From: Anaerolineae bacterium
GTDB taxonomy: Bacteria; Chloroflexota; Anaerolineae; B4-G1; SLSP01
DNA: 62,246 bases
Direction of reading: 5' to 3'
NCBI GenBank assembly: GCA_026991395.1
Contig: JALXBP010000065.1
Span: forward strand, 1 to 62,246
Shown: piece by piece, positions 1 through 9,152 of the stretch
How positions within the stretch are numbered: position 1 is the first letter of the stretch
Layout: every line of letters begins with the position of its first letter
The notes under the pieces: generated by a model
Database searches by the model: none
What the model was told of the DNA's origin: nothing
What the model saw: only the letters and a program-made list of their open reading frames with translations
Program-made: the position numbers and the translations under genes

Positions 1-424
1 GTACCTCGACGATCGTCCCCAAGGCTTCCCCCTCCTCCGTGAAGACCTCCATCCCTTCCAGTTGATGGAGGTAATACTCTCCCTCCTCCAGCGGAACGGC
101 ATCTTCCAGGGCGACGTAGAGATACTCACCGCGCAGTGCCTCGGCGGCGTTGCGGTCATCGCAGCCTTCGAGGCTGAGGAGCATCGCGCCCTTGTGAAAA
201 CGCAGCCCCCGCACGGCGCGGGGGTGATAGGTCTCGCCGACGTAGAGCCGTTCCAGTTCGGCTATCCGCTCCGGGTAGTCGGTGAGAATCTCTGCGCGCA
301 CCTCGCCGCGGATGCCGTGCGGACGCAGAACGCGCCCGACAGCCAAATAACGAGGCTCCCGCCGCCCCTGCGGCACCTGAGAGCCTCGTTCGTTCGAAAC
401 AGATTGACGGGAAGCGTCGATCAC
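1..424 (-). CDS. rimM: 16S rRNA processing protein RimM (5' part; runs off left edge)
   Basis: Manual minus-strand translation gives PRYLAVGRVLRPHGIRGEVRAEILTDYPER...YYLHQLEGMEVFTEEGEALG. Not in the ORF track because it has no stop in the window. Start is GTG 424 (overlapping the khpA stop) or GTG 376. Canonical position after rpsP-khpA. Confidence 0.9.
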   Translation of the reverse strand, partial: MIDASRQSVSNERGSQVPQGRREPRYLAVGRVLRPHGIRGEVRAEILTDYPERIAELERLYVGETYHPRAVRGLRFHKGAMLLSLEGCDDRNAAEALRGEYLYVALEDAVPLEEGEYYLHQLEGMEVFTEEGEALGTIVEV

Positions 425-657
425 ACGATCTCCAGGGTAACCTTCTTCCCCTGCTTCGCCCCGAGGACGCGGGCGAGCGAGCGCATCGCATTGATCGTCC
501 GACCTTCGCGTCCGATCATCCGACCCATATCCTCCGGGGCAACACGCAGTTCCAGCATCAGAGAGGTCGCCCCCTCGATTTCGGAGACCTGCACATCCTC
601 CGGCTTGTCGGCCAACGACTTGGCGATGTATTCGACCAGATCCTTCACAGCGGACAT
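421..657 (-). CDS. khpA: KH-domain RNA-binding protein KhpA/YlqC
   Basis: MSAVKDLVEYIAKSLADKPEDV...DMGRMIGREGRTINAMRS, with the GxxG loop IGREG; lies between rpsP and rimM; start trimmed to ATG 657. Confidence 0.92.
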   Translation of the reverse strand: MSAVKDLVEYIAKSLADKPEDVQVSEIEGATSLMLELRVAPEDMGRMIGREGRTINAMRSLARVLGAKQGKKVTLEIV

Positions 658-721
658 CGCAATCCTCCTTAATGGTGTGACGAAGAAACGATTGATAGAC
701 GAGCAGAGCCAAAAGGCTCTG

Positions 722-1150
722 TTACTCCGCTGACGATACGGGTGCTTCCTCCGCGGCTTCTTCGGCAACCTCTTCGGCAGCCGCTTCCACCTCCTCGACG
801 GCGGGCTGAGCGGCGACGGGATTGGTCTGAGGCGCTTGCTCGACCTGCTGCGCTTGGGCCTCGGCCACGAGCGCCTCCATCGGCTCACCGGCCTTCAGGC
901 GGGCGAAGCGATCGAGCGTGCCGATCTTCTTGAGAAGGCGAGCGGTGGACTCGGAAGGCTGCGCTCCCACGCTCAGCCAGTACAGGACACGTTCTTCCTT
1001 GACCGTGATCGTCTCCGGCTGGGTGCGCGGGTTGTAGAAACCGACTACCTCGACGAACTTGCCGTCGCGGGGAGCCGTGGATTCGGCCACGACGATGCGG
1101 TAGCTGGGCTGCTTCTTGCGGCCCACACGACGAAGTCTGATTCTGAGCAT
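722..1150 (-). CDS. rpsP: 30S ribosomal protein S16 with long acidic C-terminal extension
   Basis: MLRIRLRRVGRKKQPSYRIVVAESTAPRDGKFVEVVGFYNP; SD AAGGAGGAG before ATG 1150. Confidence 0.97.
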   Translation of the reverse strand: MLRIRLRRVGRKKQPSYRIVVAESTAPRDGKFVEVVGFYNPRTQPETITVKEERVLYWLSVGAQPSESTARLLKKIGTLDRFARLKAGEPMEALVAEAQAQQVEQAPQTNPVAAQPAVEEVEAAAEEVAEEAAEEAPVSSAE

Positions 1151-1216
1151 ACTCCTCCTTTTTGCCGTTACATATCGTATTCGTGATTTCGTCAACGCCT
1201 TGCGGCGATGCCATCA

Positions 1217-2545
1217 TCAGAAAAAGTTGGCCAGGGAAAGCCCCCGCCCCTTCTTGCGCCGCAACTGCTTGAAGAGCCGATGCATCTGCCGATATTCCTT
1301 CAGCAGTTGATTGACCTCCGTTACCGTTGTCCCGCTCCCGCGGGCGATGCGACGCTTGCGGCTGCCGTTGATGATCTTCGGCTTGCGACGCTCCTCCGGC
1401 GTCATCGAAAGGATGATCGCCTCCTTGCGCTTCATCACCCGCTCCATCTCGCGCTCATCGAGCTGTGCGCCCTTGAGCATTCGGTTGCCGCCCGGCAGCA
1501 TACCCAGCAGATCGACGGGCGATCCCATCTTGCGAAGCTGGCGGAACTGCTTGAGGAGGTCCTCCAAATCGAACTCCCCCTTGCGCAGCCTGGCTTCCAT
1601 CCGCGCCGCTTCGCGCTGATCGTAGGTGCGCTCGGCCTTCTCGATCAGCGTCAGGACGTCGCCCATTCCCAGGATGCGGGAGGCCAACCGGTCGGGATGG
1701 AAAAGCTCCAAAGCGTCGAGCTTTTCCCCCGTCCCCAGGAACTTGATGGGGACGCCGGTAACCTCGCGCATGCTGATGGCCGCTCCACCGCGGGCGTCGC
1801 CATCGACCTTGGTGAGGATGAGGCCGGTCAGCCCGACGCGCTCGTGGAAGCCCTGGGCGATGTTGACCGCCTCCTGGCCGGTCATCGCGTCGGCGACGAG
1901 GAGCACCTCACGCGGCTGCACGGCCTCGCGAATGGCCTCCAGTTCGGCCATCATCGCCTCATCGATCTGCAGCCGCCCCGCCGTATCGAGGATGACGACG
2001 TCGGCCCCGCGGCGGTTGGCCTCCTCCACGCCGTGGCGGGCAATGGCCACCGGCTCCGCGCCGCGCTCCGCGTAGACGGGCAGCCCCAACTGCTCGCCCA
2101 GCCGCTCCAACTGATCGATGGCTGCGGGGCGGTAGGTGTCGGCGGCGACCATCAGCGGGAAATGCCCCTGCTCGCGCAGGTAACGGGCCAGCTTGGCGAC
2201 CGTCGTCGTCTTCCCCGACCCCTGCAGCCCGACGAGCATCAGGACGTGCGGCGGCTTGCCGCTCAGATCGAGCCGTCCGGGTTCGCCCAGCGTGCGCACC
2301 AACTCCGCGTGGACGATCTTGACCACCTGCTGGGCGGGGTTGAGGGCGCGGGCGATCTCCTCGCCGACCGCCTTCTCCTTGACGCGGGCGGTGAACGTCT
2401 TGACGACCTTGTAGTTGACGTCGGCTTCTAAAAGTGCCAGTCGAATCTCGCGGAGGACGGCCTTGACATCCTCTTCGCGCAGTACCCCGCGCTGACTCAG
2501 ACGGTTGAAGAGACCTTGCAGTTTGTCGCTCAGCGAGTCGAACAT
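1217..2545 (-). CDS. ffh: Signal recognition particle protein Ffh
   Basis: [10 protein letters not shown]..., [31 protein letters not shown], and M-domain [11 protein letters not shown]; start trimmed to ATG 2545. Confidence 0.97.
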   Translation of the reverse strand: MFDSLSDKLQGLFNRLSQRGVLREEDVKAVLREIRLALLEADVNYKVVKTFTARVKEKAVGEEIARALNPAQQVVKIVHAELVRTLGEPGRLDLSGKPPHVLMLVGLQGSGKTTTVAKLARYLREQGHFPLMVAADTYRPAAIDQLERLGEQLGLPVYAERGAEPVAIARHGVEEANRRGADVVILDTAGRLQIDEAMMAELEAIREAVQPREVLLVADAMTGQEAVNIAQGFHERVGLTGLILTKVDGDARGGAAISMREVTGVPIKFLGTGEKLDALELFHPDRLASRILGMGDVLTLIEKAERTYDQREAARMEARLRKGEFDLEDLLKQFRQLRKMGSPVDLLGMLPGGNRMLKGAQLDEREMERVMKRKEAIILSMTPEERRKPKIINGSRKRRIARGSGTTVTEVNQLLKEYRQMHRLFKQLRRKKGRGLSLANFF

Positions 2546-2615
2546 AGCCAATCCATTCTCAAAATCGCCTTTCATTTTAACGGGGATTGTCCGCACGTCA
2601 AGGTAGCGCAGGAAG

Positions 2616-2641
2616 AAAAAACCCCGGCCTTTCACCGGGGC
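2616..2641 (-). terminator. Intrinsic terminator after tRNA-Leu
   Basis: Minus strand CCCCGG-tgaaagg-CCGGGG followed by TTTTTT. Confidence 0.65.
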
Positions 2642-2644
2642 TAA

Positions 2645-2732
2645 TGGTGCCGAAGGTGGGAGTCGAACCCACATGGGCGTAAAGCCCACTGCGCCCTGAA
2701 CGCAGCGCGTCTGCCTATTCCGCCACTTCGGC
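2645..2732 (-). tRNA. tRNA-Leu (anticodon CAG)
   Basis: GCCGAAGTGGCGGAATAGGCAGACGCG CTGCG-TTCAGGG-CGCAG, long variable arm, GGTTCGACTCC, CTTCGGCACCA with encoded CCA. Confidence 0.96.
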
Positions 2733-2744
2733 CTGACGAGGCAA

Positions 2745-2772
2745 ATTGTACCGCACGGGGTCATTTTGTCAA
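2745..2772 (-). promoter_or_regulatory. sigma70-type promoter for tRNA-Leu
   Basis: TTGACA-N16-TACAAT ending 12 nt before the mature tRNA 5' end. Confidence 0.65.
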
Positions 2773-2802
2773 GCTGCGCCCGGGCCCCGGGCAGCGGGAA
2801 GA

Positions 2803-2831
2803 TTGCCCTCGGTGCACACTCGTGCTATACT
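2803..2831 (+). promoter_or_regulatory. sigma70-type promoter for the M28 peptidase
   Basis: TTGCCC-N17-TATACT with extended -10 TGn. Confidence 0.5.
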
Positions 2832-2974
2832 GAGTTACCGGTCCCCCTCACAAACGCGGAGAGCGCTATGTCGATTTAGGCCAGGAAAACGGGCACACGC
2901 TTTCCCATCGAGCGATGCCATCGCAAGACGCTCCCCTCCCTGCGCGATATGCGCATTCACGCCCGGAGGTACAA

Positions 2975-4162
2975 ATGGACGATCCAATTTCCGCTCAAGC
3001 CCTCTATCGGCATATCCAGGCCCTCGCCGAGACGATAGGGCCACGCCCCACCGGACATCCGCAAGAGGAGGAGGCTCGGCGCTACATTCGCCAAACGCTG
3101 GCGGCCACCGGCATCACCGACATCGAACGCATGCCGTTGAGGGCATGGGACACGTGGGGATACACGCTGACCGCCCCGGCGATCCTGACGCTCCTGGGCA
3201 ACGGGCTGAACGTCCTGGGCGGCGCGGGGAGGCTCGCCGGAGCTATGAGCGCCCTCATCGCCGCCTGGCATCTCCACCGCGCGACAGCCGGCAGGAAGCA
3301 GCCGCTCTCCTTCCTGTTTCCGCGGCGGCCAACGGCCAACCTCATCGTGAGATTGCCGCCACGCGGACCGGTGCGGCAGCGCGTCGTGCTGGTCGGCCAC
3401 ACCGACACGAACAAGCACCGCTTTACCTTCGCGCCCGGCATGAAGCACCTCCTGCGGGCGACCACGACGGCAGCCGAGTTGCTGCTGCTCCTCAACGGGC
3501 TCCTGCAGGCCGCACGGGCCGCAGGAGCGGAAGGCCCGCTCCGCTCCCTGCACCGCGCCACGGTTGCCGGCACGGCGCTCACGCTGCCGTACTTGCTCAA
3601 TGACGAGCGCGGGGGCTACATCCCCGGCGCTGCCGACAACGCCTCTGCCGTAGCCTGTCTGCTGGGCCTGGGAGCCTGGCTGCATCGCTTCCCTCTGGCA
3701 CAGACGGAGGTCTGGCTGCTCTTCACGGCGGCGGAGGAGGTGGGCTGTCTGGGCATGCACGCCTTCCTCGATCGCTACGGGGCGCAGATGCGCGATGCCT
3801 GGTTCATCGATTTCGAAATGGTGAGCACACCGCACATCGTCTACGTAACCCGCCACAGCAGCCTTTCCTACTTCGGCGCGTACCGCCCCGATCCGGCATC
3901 ACTCGCCTGGGCCGAACGGACGGCCCGTCATCATCCCGAACTGGGCGTGCAGGGACGCGGGGTCGTCATCGTGGAGGAGGTGGGGACATTGCGCGGACGC
4001 GGCTTCCGGGGTCTCTGCCTCGCAGGCGTGGACGAGAAGGGATGGCTGGCAAACTGGCATCGGCTCGAAGACGATCTCGCCCATCTCGATCCTGCGGGCA
4101 CCGAGCGTGCCGCCCGTTTCGCACTGGCTATGCTCAAGCTGATGGATGGGGAGACCCCGTAG
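2975..4162 (+). CDS. M28-family metallopeptidase with central hydrophobic insertion
   Basis: GPRPTGH, GHTDT (HxD), GAADNASAVA, AAEEVG and WHRLED motifs; SD GGAGG before ATG 2975. Confidence 0.8.
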   Translation: MDDPISAQALYRHIQALAETIGPRPTGHPQEEEARRYIRQTLAATGITDIERMPLRAWDTWGYTLTAPAILTLLGNGLNVLGGAGRLAGAMSALIAAWHLHRATAGRKQPLSFLFPRRPTANLIVRLPPRGPVRQRVVLVGHTDTNKHRFTFAPGMKHLLRATTTAAELLLLLNGLLQAARAAGAEGPLRSLHRATVAGTALTLPYLLNDERGGYIPGAADNASAVACLLGLGAWLHRFPLAQTEVWLLFTAAEEVGCLGMHAFLDRYGAQMRDAWFIDFEMVSTPHIVYVTRHSSLSYFGAYRPDPASLAWAERTARHHPELGVQGRGVVIVEEVGTLRGRGFRGLCLAGVDEKGWLANWHRLEDDLAHLDPAGTERAARFALAMLKLMDGETP

Positions 4163-4264
4163 CCACATCGCTGCGGGCACGTTATCCGCTCCTCCTTGCC
4201 ATTCCTCGGCACGGCGTATAATGGAGTATCATTGGTGAATCCCGCACGAGGGAGGTTGCAATCT

Positions 4265-5560
4265 ATGCCACAGCAGAGAGAGAAACAGAGCGGCAAACCC
4301 TTCCTGCCGCCGGTACCGAGGTCGGTGAAGGACACGGGGCTCAACCTGGGCTTCCTGAGCGACCTGGCGTTGAAAATCCTCTATTTCGAAAGCTACCTGG
4401 CCGGACGGGAGCTGGCCGAACGGATGGCTTTGCCTTTTGCCGGTGTCGTCGATCAGGTGCTGGAGTTCCTCAAACGCGAGCGCCTCTGTGAGGTGCGCGG
4501 CGCGGGCGGGATCACCGGTTTTTCGGAATCGACCTACGAGTACGTGCTCACCGCCCGCGGGCGGGAGATGGCCCGCGATGCCCTGGAGCGCAGCCAATAT
4601 GCCGGCCCCGCCCCGGTACCCCTGGAGCGCTACAACGAATCCGTCGTCGAACAAGGGTTGAAGGACATCACCGTCCACCCCCGCCACCTGCGGCAGGCGC
4701 TGGCCCACCTCGTCCTCAGCGACCGCACCTTCGACCAGATCGGCCCGGCGGTCAATTCCGGACGGTCCATCTTCCTCTTCGGCAATCCCGGTAACGGCAA
4801 GACCTCCATCGCCGAGGCCATCGGCTCGCTGCTGATGGAGGGCGACATCTACATCCCCTACGCCGTCGAAGTCGAGGGACAGGTCATCAAGGTCTTCGAC
4901 AACGTGAATCACCTGCGCGTGGAGGAGAGCAAGCCGCGGCGCGGCGTCGATCCCCGCTGGGTCCTCATCCACCGTCCCTTCATCGTCGTCGGCGGCGAAC
5001 TAACGCTGGCCGGACTCGACCTCGTGTACGATACGAACAACAAGTACTACGAAGCCCCCTTCCAGATGAAGGCCAACGGCGGCATCTTCCTCATCGACGA
5101 CTTCGGGCGGCAGCAGGTACGCCCCCGCGACCTGCTCAACCGCTGGATCGTCCCGCTGGAAAAGCGCATCGACTTCCTCACGCTGCACACGGGCAAGAAG
5201 ATCGAGATCCCCTTCGAGGTGCTGATCGTCTTCTCGACCAACCTCGCGCCCAAGGACCTGGTGGACGAGGCTTTCCTGCGCCGCATCCGCCACAAGATCG
5301 AGGTGAAGGACCCCGACTGGGACAGCTTCCGCGAGATCTTCCGCCGCGTCTGCAAGGCCAAGGGCGTCCCTTGGGACGATCGGGCGCTGGCCTATCTCAT
5401 CCAGGAGCACTACATCAAGGCGCGGCGATCACCCCGCGCGAGCCACGCCCGCGACCTGATCGATCAGATCATCGACATCGCCCGCTACCTCAACGTCCCG
5501 CCCACGCTGAGCAAGGAACTGATCGACCGCGCGGCGGAGTCCTACTTCGTGGAACTCTGA
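4265..5560 (+). CDS. Uncharacterised P-loop (AAA-like) ATPase
   Basis: Walker A GNPGNGKTS, Walker B IFLIDDFGRQ, and STN plus FLRRI sensor/arginine-finger-like motifs; SD GGGAGG before ATG 4265. Confidence 0.8.
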   Translation: MPQQREKQSGKPFLPPVPRSVKDTGLNLGFLSDLALKILYFESYLAGRELAERMALPFAGVVDQVLEFLKRERLCEVRGAGGITGFSESTYEYVLTARGREMARDALERSQYAGPAPVPLERYNESVVEQGLKDITVHPRHLRQALAHLVLSDRTFDQIGPAVNSGRSIFLFGNPGNGKTSIAEAIGSLLMEGDIYIPYAVEVEGQVIKVFDNVNHLRVEESKPRRGVDPRWVLIHRPFIVVGGELTLAGLDLVYDTNNKYYEAPFQMKANGGIFLIDDFGRQQVRPRDLLNRWIVPLEKRIDFLTLHTGKKIEIPFEVLIVFSTNLAPKDLVDEAFLRRIRHKIEVKDPDWDSFREIFRRVCKAKGVPWDDRALAYLIQEHYIKARRSPRASHARDLIDQIIDIARYLNVPPTLSKELIDRAAESYFVEL

Positions 5561-6324
5561 TGGCCGCCTTCCCCGAAAGCTGGTGGCGCGATCGCCCGCT
5601 GGTCTTTGGTCACAGGGGAGCAAGCCACGCCGCCCCGCAGAACACCTTGGCCGCTTTCCGTGCCGCCGTCGAGGCCGGAGCCGACGGCGTCGAACTGGAT
5701 GTGTACCTCAGCGCCGACGGAATTCCCGTCGTCATCCACGACGAGGATGTGAGCAGCACGACCGACGGCAGCGGTTACATCACCCAGATGCCGCTGGCGC
5801 AGATCAAGGCGCTGGATGCGGGCAGCACCTTCAGCCCCGCCTTCGCCGGGGAGCCGATCCCCACGCTGGAAGAGGTGCTCGCCGAGGTGGGGCACAAGCT
5901 CCTGATAGACATCGAGTTGAAGTACTCGCCGCATCAGCAGGGGCTGGAGGCGGCCGTCGCTTCCCTCGTTGCGCGAATGGGCCTGCAGGAGCGGCTGTGG
6001 TTCTCCTCCTTCCATCCCCACACGCTCTACGCCATCCGGCAACTGGCCCCGGCGATTCCCTGCGGCCTGCTCTACGACCCGATGAGCTTCGGGACGCGCC
6101 TCCTGGGTATCGTGACGCCGCACGAAGCCATCCATCCCCAAGCCGCCCTGGTGAGGGGCAGCCTCGTGCGCCGCGCCCATCGCCACCATCGGCGGGTGGT
6201 GGTCTGGACGGTGGACGATGCGCCGACCGCCCGCCGCATGGCCCGGCGGCAGGTTGATGTCGTGATCACCAACGAACCGGCCCGCCTGCTCGCCGCCCTG
6301 ACGGACGAGGAGGAGGGGGGATGA
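5560..6324 (+). CDS. Glycerophosphodiester phosphodiesterase family protein
   Basis: GHRGAS..PQNT, GADGVELDV, VVIHD, DIELK, VVWTVDD, VITNEP; ATG overlaps the upstream TGA. Confidence 0.9.
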   Translation: MAAFPESWWRDRPLVFGHRGASHAAPQNTLAAFRAAVEAGADGVELDVYLSADGIPVVIHDEDVSSTTDGSGYITQMPLAQIKALDAGSTFSPAFAGEPIPTLEEVLAEVGHKLLIDIELKYSPHQQGLEAAVASLVARMGLQERLWFSSFHPHTLYAIRQLAPAIPCGLLYDPMSFGTRLLGIVTPHEAIHPQAALVRGSLVRRAHRHHRRVVVWTVDDAPTARRMARRQVDVVITNEPARLLAALTDEEEGG

Positions 6325-6830
6325 AGTGGCTCATCTGCTCCGACACGCACGATAATCTCGCGCACGTGGAGGCTATGCTCGATGCGGAGCGCGACGCCGA
6401 TCTCCTGCTCCACTGCGGCGACATCGTCTCGCCCTTCACGCTGAACTACCTGGCCGAGCGCTTTTCCAAGCCCATCCACCTCGTCTGGGGGAACAACGAC
6501 GGCGACCGCTGGCGGCTGGCGCAGATCGCCCAAAGGTGGCCGCAGATCACCCTGCACGGCGAATTCGCCGAATTGACGATCGGCAACCGCCATATCGCGC
6601 TGGTACACGACCAGGCTGTCGGGAAAAAGCTCTTCGAAAGCGGGCAGTACGACCTGGTCTGCGGCGGGCACAATCACCACGCCGCGATCGAGCGCCGCGG
6701 CGTGCGGCTCTTCGTCAATCCGGGCACGCTCTACGGCACCTTGTGGCCGGCAACCTACGCCGTCCTCGATAGCGAGCGATGGCGTGCTACGGTGCGGGAA
6801 CTTCCCATCGCCGGTAGCGGGCCTGCGTAG
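6321..6830 (+). CDS. YfcE-family metallophosphoesterase
   Basis: SDTHDN, HCGD, WGNND, GHNH, VNPG. Confidence 0.9.
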   Translation: MKWLICSDTHDNLAHVEAMLDAERDADLLLHCGDIVSPFTLNYLAERFSKPIHLVWGNNDGDRWRLAQIAQRWPQITLHGEFAELTIGNRHIALVHDQAVGKKLFESGQYDLVCGGHNHHAAIERRGVRLFVNPGTLYGTLWPATYAVLDSERWRATVRELPIAGSGPA

Positions 6831-7272
6831 CCAGGGCGGCATCGTCCATCCGCCCCTCGGCCCAGGCGACGAGGTCGGCCCCGTCGAAGACCGCCTCGCA
6901 GACGACCGTCGGCCCCTTGCTCAGGGCGGTCAGGTGGAGCGTAACCAGCGGCGGCAGCGGGCAGCCCTCCTGCACCACGTCCCGTATGGCGTCGAGCGCC
7001 ACCCACAACTGCTGCGGCGTGCCCTCCGGCGGCTCGGCGGCGGCGTAGTAAAGCTCCATCCGCACGAGCAGGCGATCCCGTTCCCAGACGAGGGCGGCGG
7101 AGAAGGTCTGCGGCAGCCTGGTCAGCAGCGCCGCCTCACAGCGTGGCGGCGGGGGCGGGAGTTCGACCGGCGGCCTCCGCATCGAATGCCATACGACCCA
7201 GCCCAGCCCCCCGATGACCAGGAGATCGGCGACGGCAAGGAGGAGAAGCAGCCGCTTCTGCCAGCGGAGCAT
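6787..7272 (-). CDS. Hypothetical protein with N-terminal membrane anchor
   Basis: One N-terminal hydrophobic helix then a Pro linker; follows the GT-C gene by 1 nt; overlaps the convergent phosphoesterase by 44 nt. Confidence 0.6.
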   Translation of the reverse strand: MLRWQKRLLLLLAVADLLVIGGLGWVVWHSMRRPPVELPPPPPRCEAALLTRLPQTFSAALVWERDRLLVRMELYYAAAEPPEGTPQQLWVALDAIRDVVQEGCPLPPLVTLHLTALSKGPTVVCEAVFDGADLVAWAEGRMDDAALATQARYRRWEVPAP

Positions 7273-7273
7273 C

Positions 7274-9151
7274 CTACGGCTCCCACTCGTAGATCACGGC
7301 GAGCCGTTCCCCCTGCTCCGTGCGCAGGTCAACCGTCCTGCCGCCGGGGTAGAGGGCCTTCACACGCTCGACCTCCTCGGCCCGCTGGGGGACGAAGATG
7401 AAGCGGGCGGGCGGCGTTACCCCTTCCGGTACCTCGTCAGGCTCGATATCCACCCCCGCCTGGTCGGGGGCGAGATAGCGGAAAGTCCCCAGCCCGTTCC
7501 AGTAGAGGTAAGGCGCGCCGAAGAAGTAGACCGTACTGCCGGGCATCGGATGCTGCTGCAGATAACGGCAGATCTCCGTCGCCTGGTAGGCCGTCGGATT
7601 GCCGTAGACGCGGGTCGGCGTGTAGCGGACGAAGTAGAAAGCCACGTTGCTCACCGCAAAGACGGTCATCAGCAGGACGAGCAGCCCGTCGCGGAGCCGA
7701 GGGCCGTAGCGGCGCACCGCCTCCCCCAAAGCCATCGCCCCCCATCCCACGAGCAGCGCCACCGCGGGGATGAGGAGAATGCCCCGCTGGCTGGAAGGCG
7801 GATCAACGGTGATGCCCCATGCCACCACCAGGGTGGAGAAGAACCACAGCGCCGTCAGCCCGCGGGCAGGCCAGCGCCAGCGGCTGAGGACGCAGGCGAT
7901 CCCCACGAGGAGCAACAGGCCGCCGAGCGGATCGAGCAGGGGACGACCGGGGCGGTACCAGAAGGTGGTATCGGGCGTCAGGTGAAAGGCGGTCAGCGCA
8001 CGCCAGAACTGGCCGACGAGCAGGGTGACCACCGGCTTGCCGGTCAGCGCACGGGTCTGCTCGACCCAGCCGTTGGTGAAGATGATGACCTGCCGCGAGC
8101 GGGAGGACAGCGTCTCCGGATGGGCGACGTACCAGCCTAACATCGGCAGGGCCGCCACGAGCCACCCCGCGGCCCACAGACGCAGCCCGGCGCGATAACG
8201 GCGCAGGAAGTGCGGCTCGACCACCGTCCGCCAGAAGAGGAAGAGGGCGACCATCACGGTGATCCAGCGTGCGCCCCAGTACACGTACCAGCCGAGACCG
8301 GCGGCCAGCCCGCTCCATCCCCATCCCGGATGTCCGCCCTCTCGTTGCGCCAATGCCGTCCACAGCGCCCAGAAGGCCAGCGGCGCGAGGAGCGCATCGA
8401 AGATGTTATTCATCGGCACGCGGCTGAAGTGGACGGGATAGGCCCACGTGGCCATCACGGCCCCCGCCAGCCAGCCGAGGCGGCGTCCGCCGAGCCGCCT
8501 GCCGAGGAAGAAGGTCGCCCCGACGGCCAGCGTCCCTGCCAGTGCGGAAAGGCTGCGCACGCCGAAGACCGTCCAGCCGAAAAGGCGGGCCGCTACCGTG
8601 TAGATGAGGGCGCTCATCGTCGGCAGCGCCAGCCAGAAGGTCGCGAAGGGATTGCCCAACGGCTTCTGCAGCATCGAGCGCCCGTAATCGACGACGATCC
8701 CCTCATCGCCGCCGAAGTTGGCCGGAATCGTCCCCAGGTGCCAGAAGCGCAGGAAGGCCGCCGCTCCCAGCAGCAAGGCGAAAGCGGCCCACTCCCGACG
8801 CGACAGGGCAAGCGCGGGGTCGGCCTCTCCCTCGCCCGCCCCGATCAGCGTCCCGGCGAAGAGCATCAGCCCCGCCAGCCACAGCAGCAGCGGCCCGGTA
8901 AAGTCGGCCTCCGGTGCCTGTCGCTGCGCCGTCAGCGCGGCGGCCAGCGCCAACAGCAGGGCAGCGAAGCGCAAGCCCCCTCGCGGCGTCCATCGCCGCG
9001 GGCGGATACGGGCAGGACGGGGACGGCGAAAGTGGAGGAAAAGCCCCGCCATCCCCAACGCGAGCAGCAATCCTCCATCCCACAGGTGATGGTGGAGCGT
9101 CCACAAAGTCTCGCCGAACGCGAGCAGAACGAGGGAGAGGAGCAGGGTCAT
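7274..9151 (-). CDS. GT-C fold membrane glycosyltransferase (ArnT/PMT, GT39-like)
   Basis: Many TM helices; loop FLRFWHLGTIPANFGGDEG (DE motif), FGWTVFGVRSLSAL, HFSR, YWGAR, YRPGRPLLDP. Confidence 0.75.
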   Translation of the reverse strand: MTLLLSLVLLAFGETLWTLHHHLWDGGLLLALGMAGLFLHFRRPRPARIRPRRWTPRGGLRFAALLLALAAALTAQRQAPEADFTGPLLLWLAGLMLFAGTLIGAGEGEADPALALSRREWAAFALLLGAAAFLRFWHLGTIPANFGGDEGIVVDYGRSMLQKPLGNPFATFWLALPTMSALIYTVAARLFGWTVFGVRSLSALAGTLAVGATFFLGRRLGGRRLGWLAGAVMATWAYPVHFSRVPMNNIFDALLAPLAFWALWTALAQREGGHPGWGWSGLAAGLGWYVYWGARWITVMVALFLFWRTVVEPHFLRRYRAGLRLWAAGWLVAALPMLGWYVAHPETLSSRSRQVIIFTNGWVEQTRALTGKPVVTLLVGQFWRALTAFHLTPDTTFWYRPGRPLLDPLGGLLLLVGIACVLSRWRWPARGLTALWFFSTLVVAWGITVDPPSSQRGILLIPAVALLVGWGAMALGEAVRRYGPRLRDGLLVLLMTVFAVSNVAFYFVRYTPTRVYGNPTAYQATEICRYLQQHPMPGSTVYFFGAPYLYWNGLGTFRYLAPDQAGVDIEPDEVPEGVTPPARFIFVPQRAEEVERVKALYPGGRTVDLRTEQGERLAVIYEWEP

Positions 9152-9152
9152 C

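Noticed and set aside
2600-2732. tRNA-Leu as an integration site
   Set aside because: The 3' flank runs straight into a terminator and ffh, and I found no duplicated tRNA 3' end elsewhere in the window.
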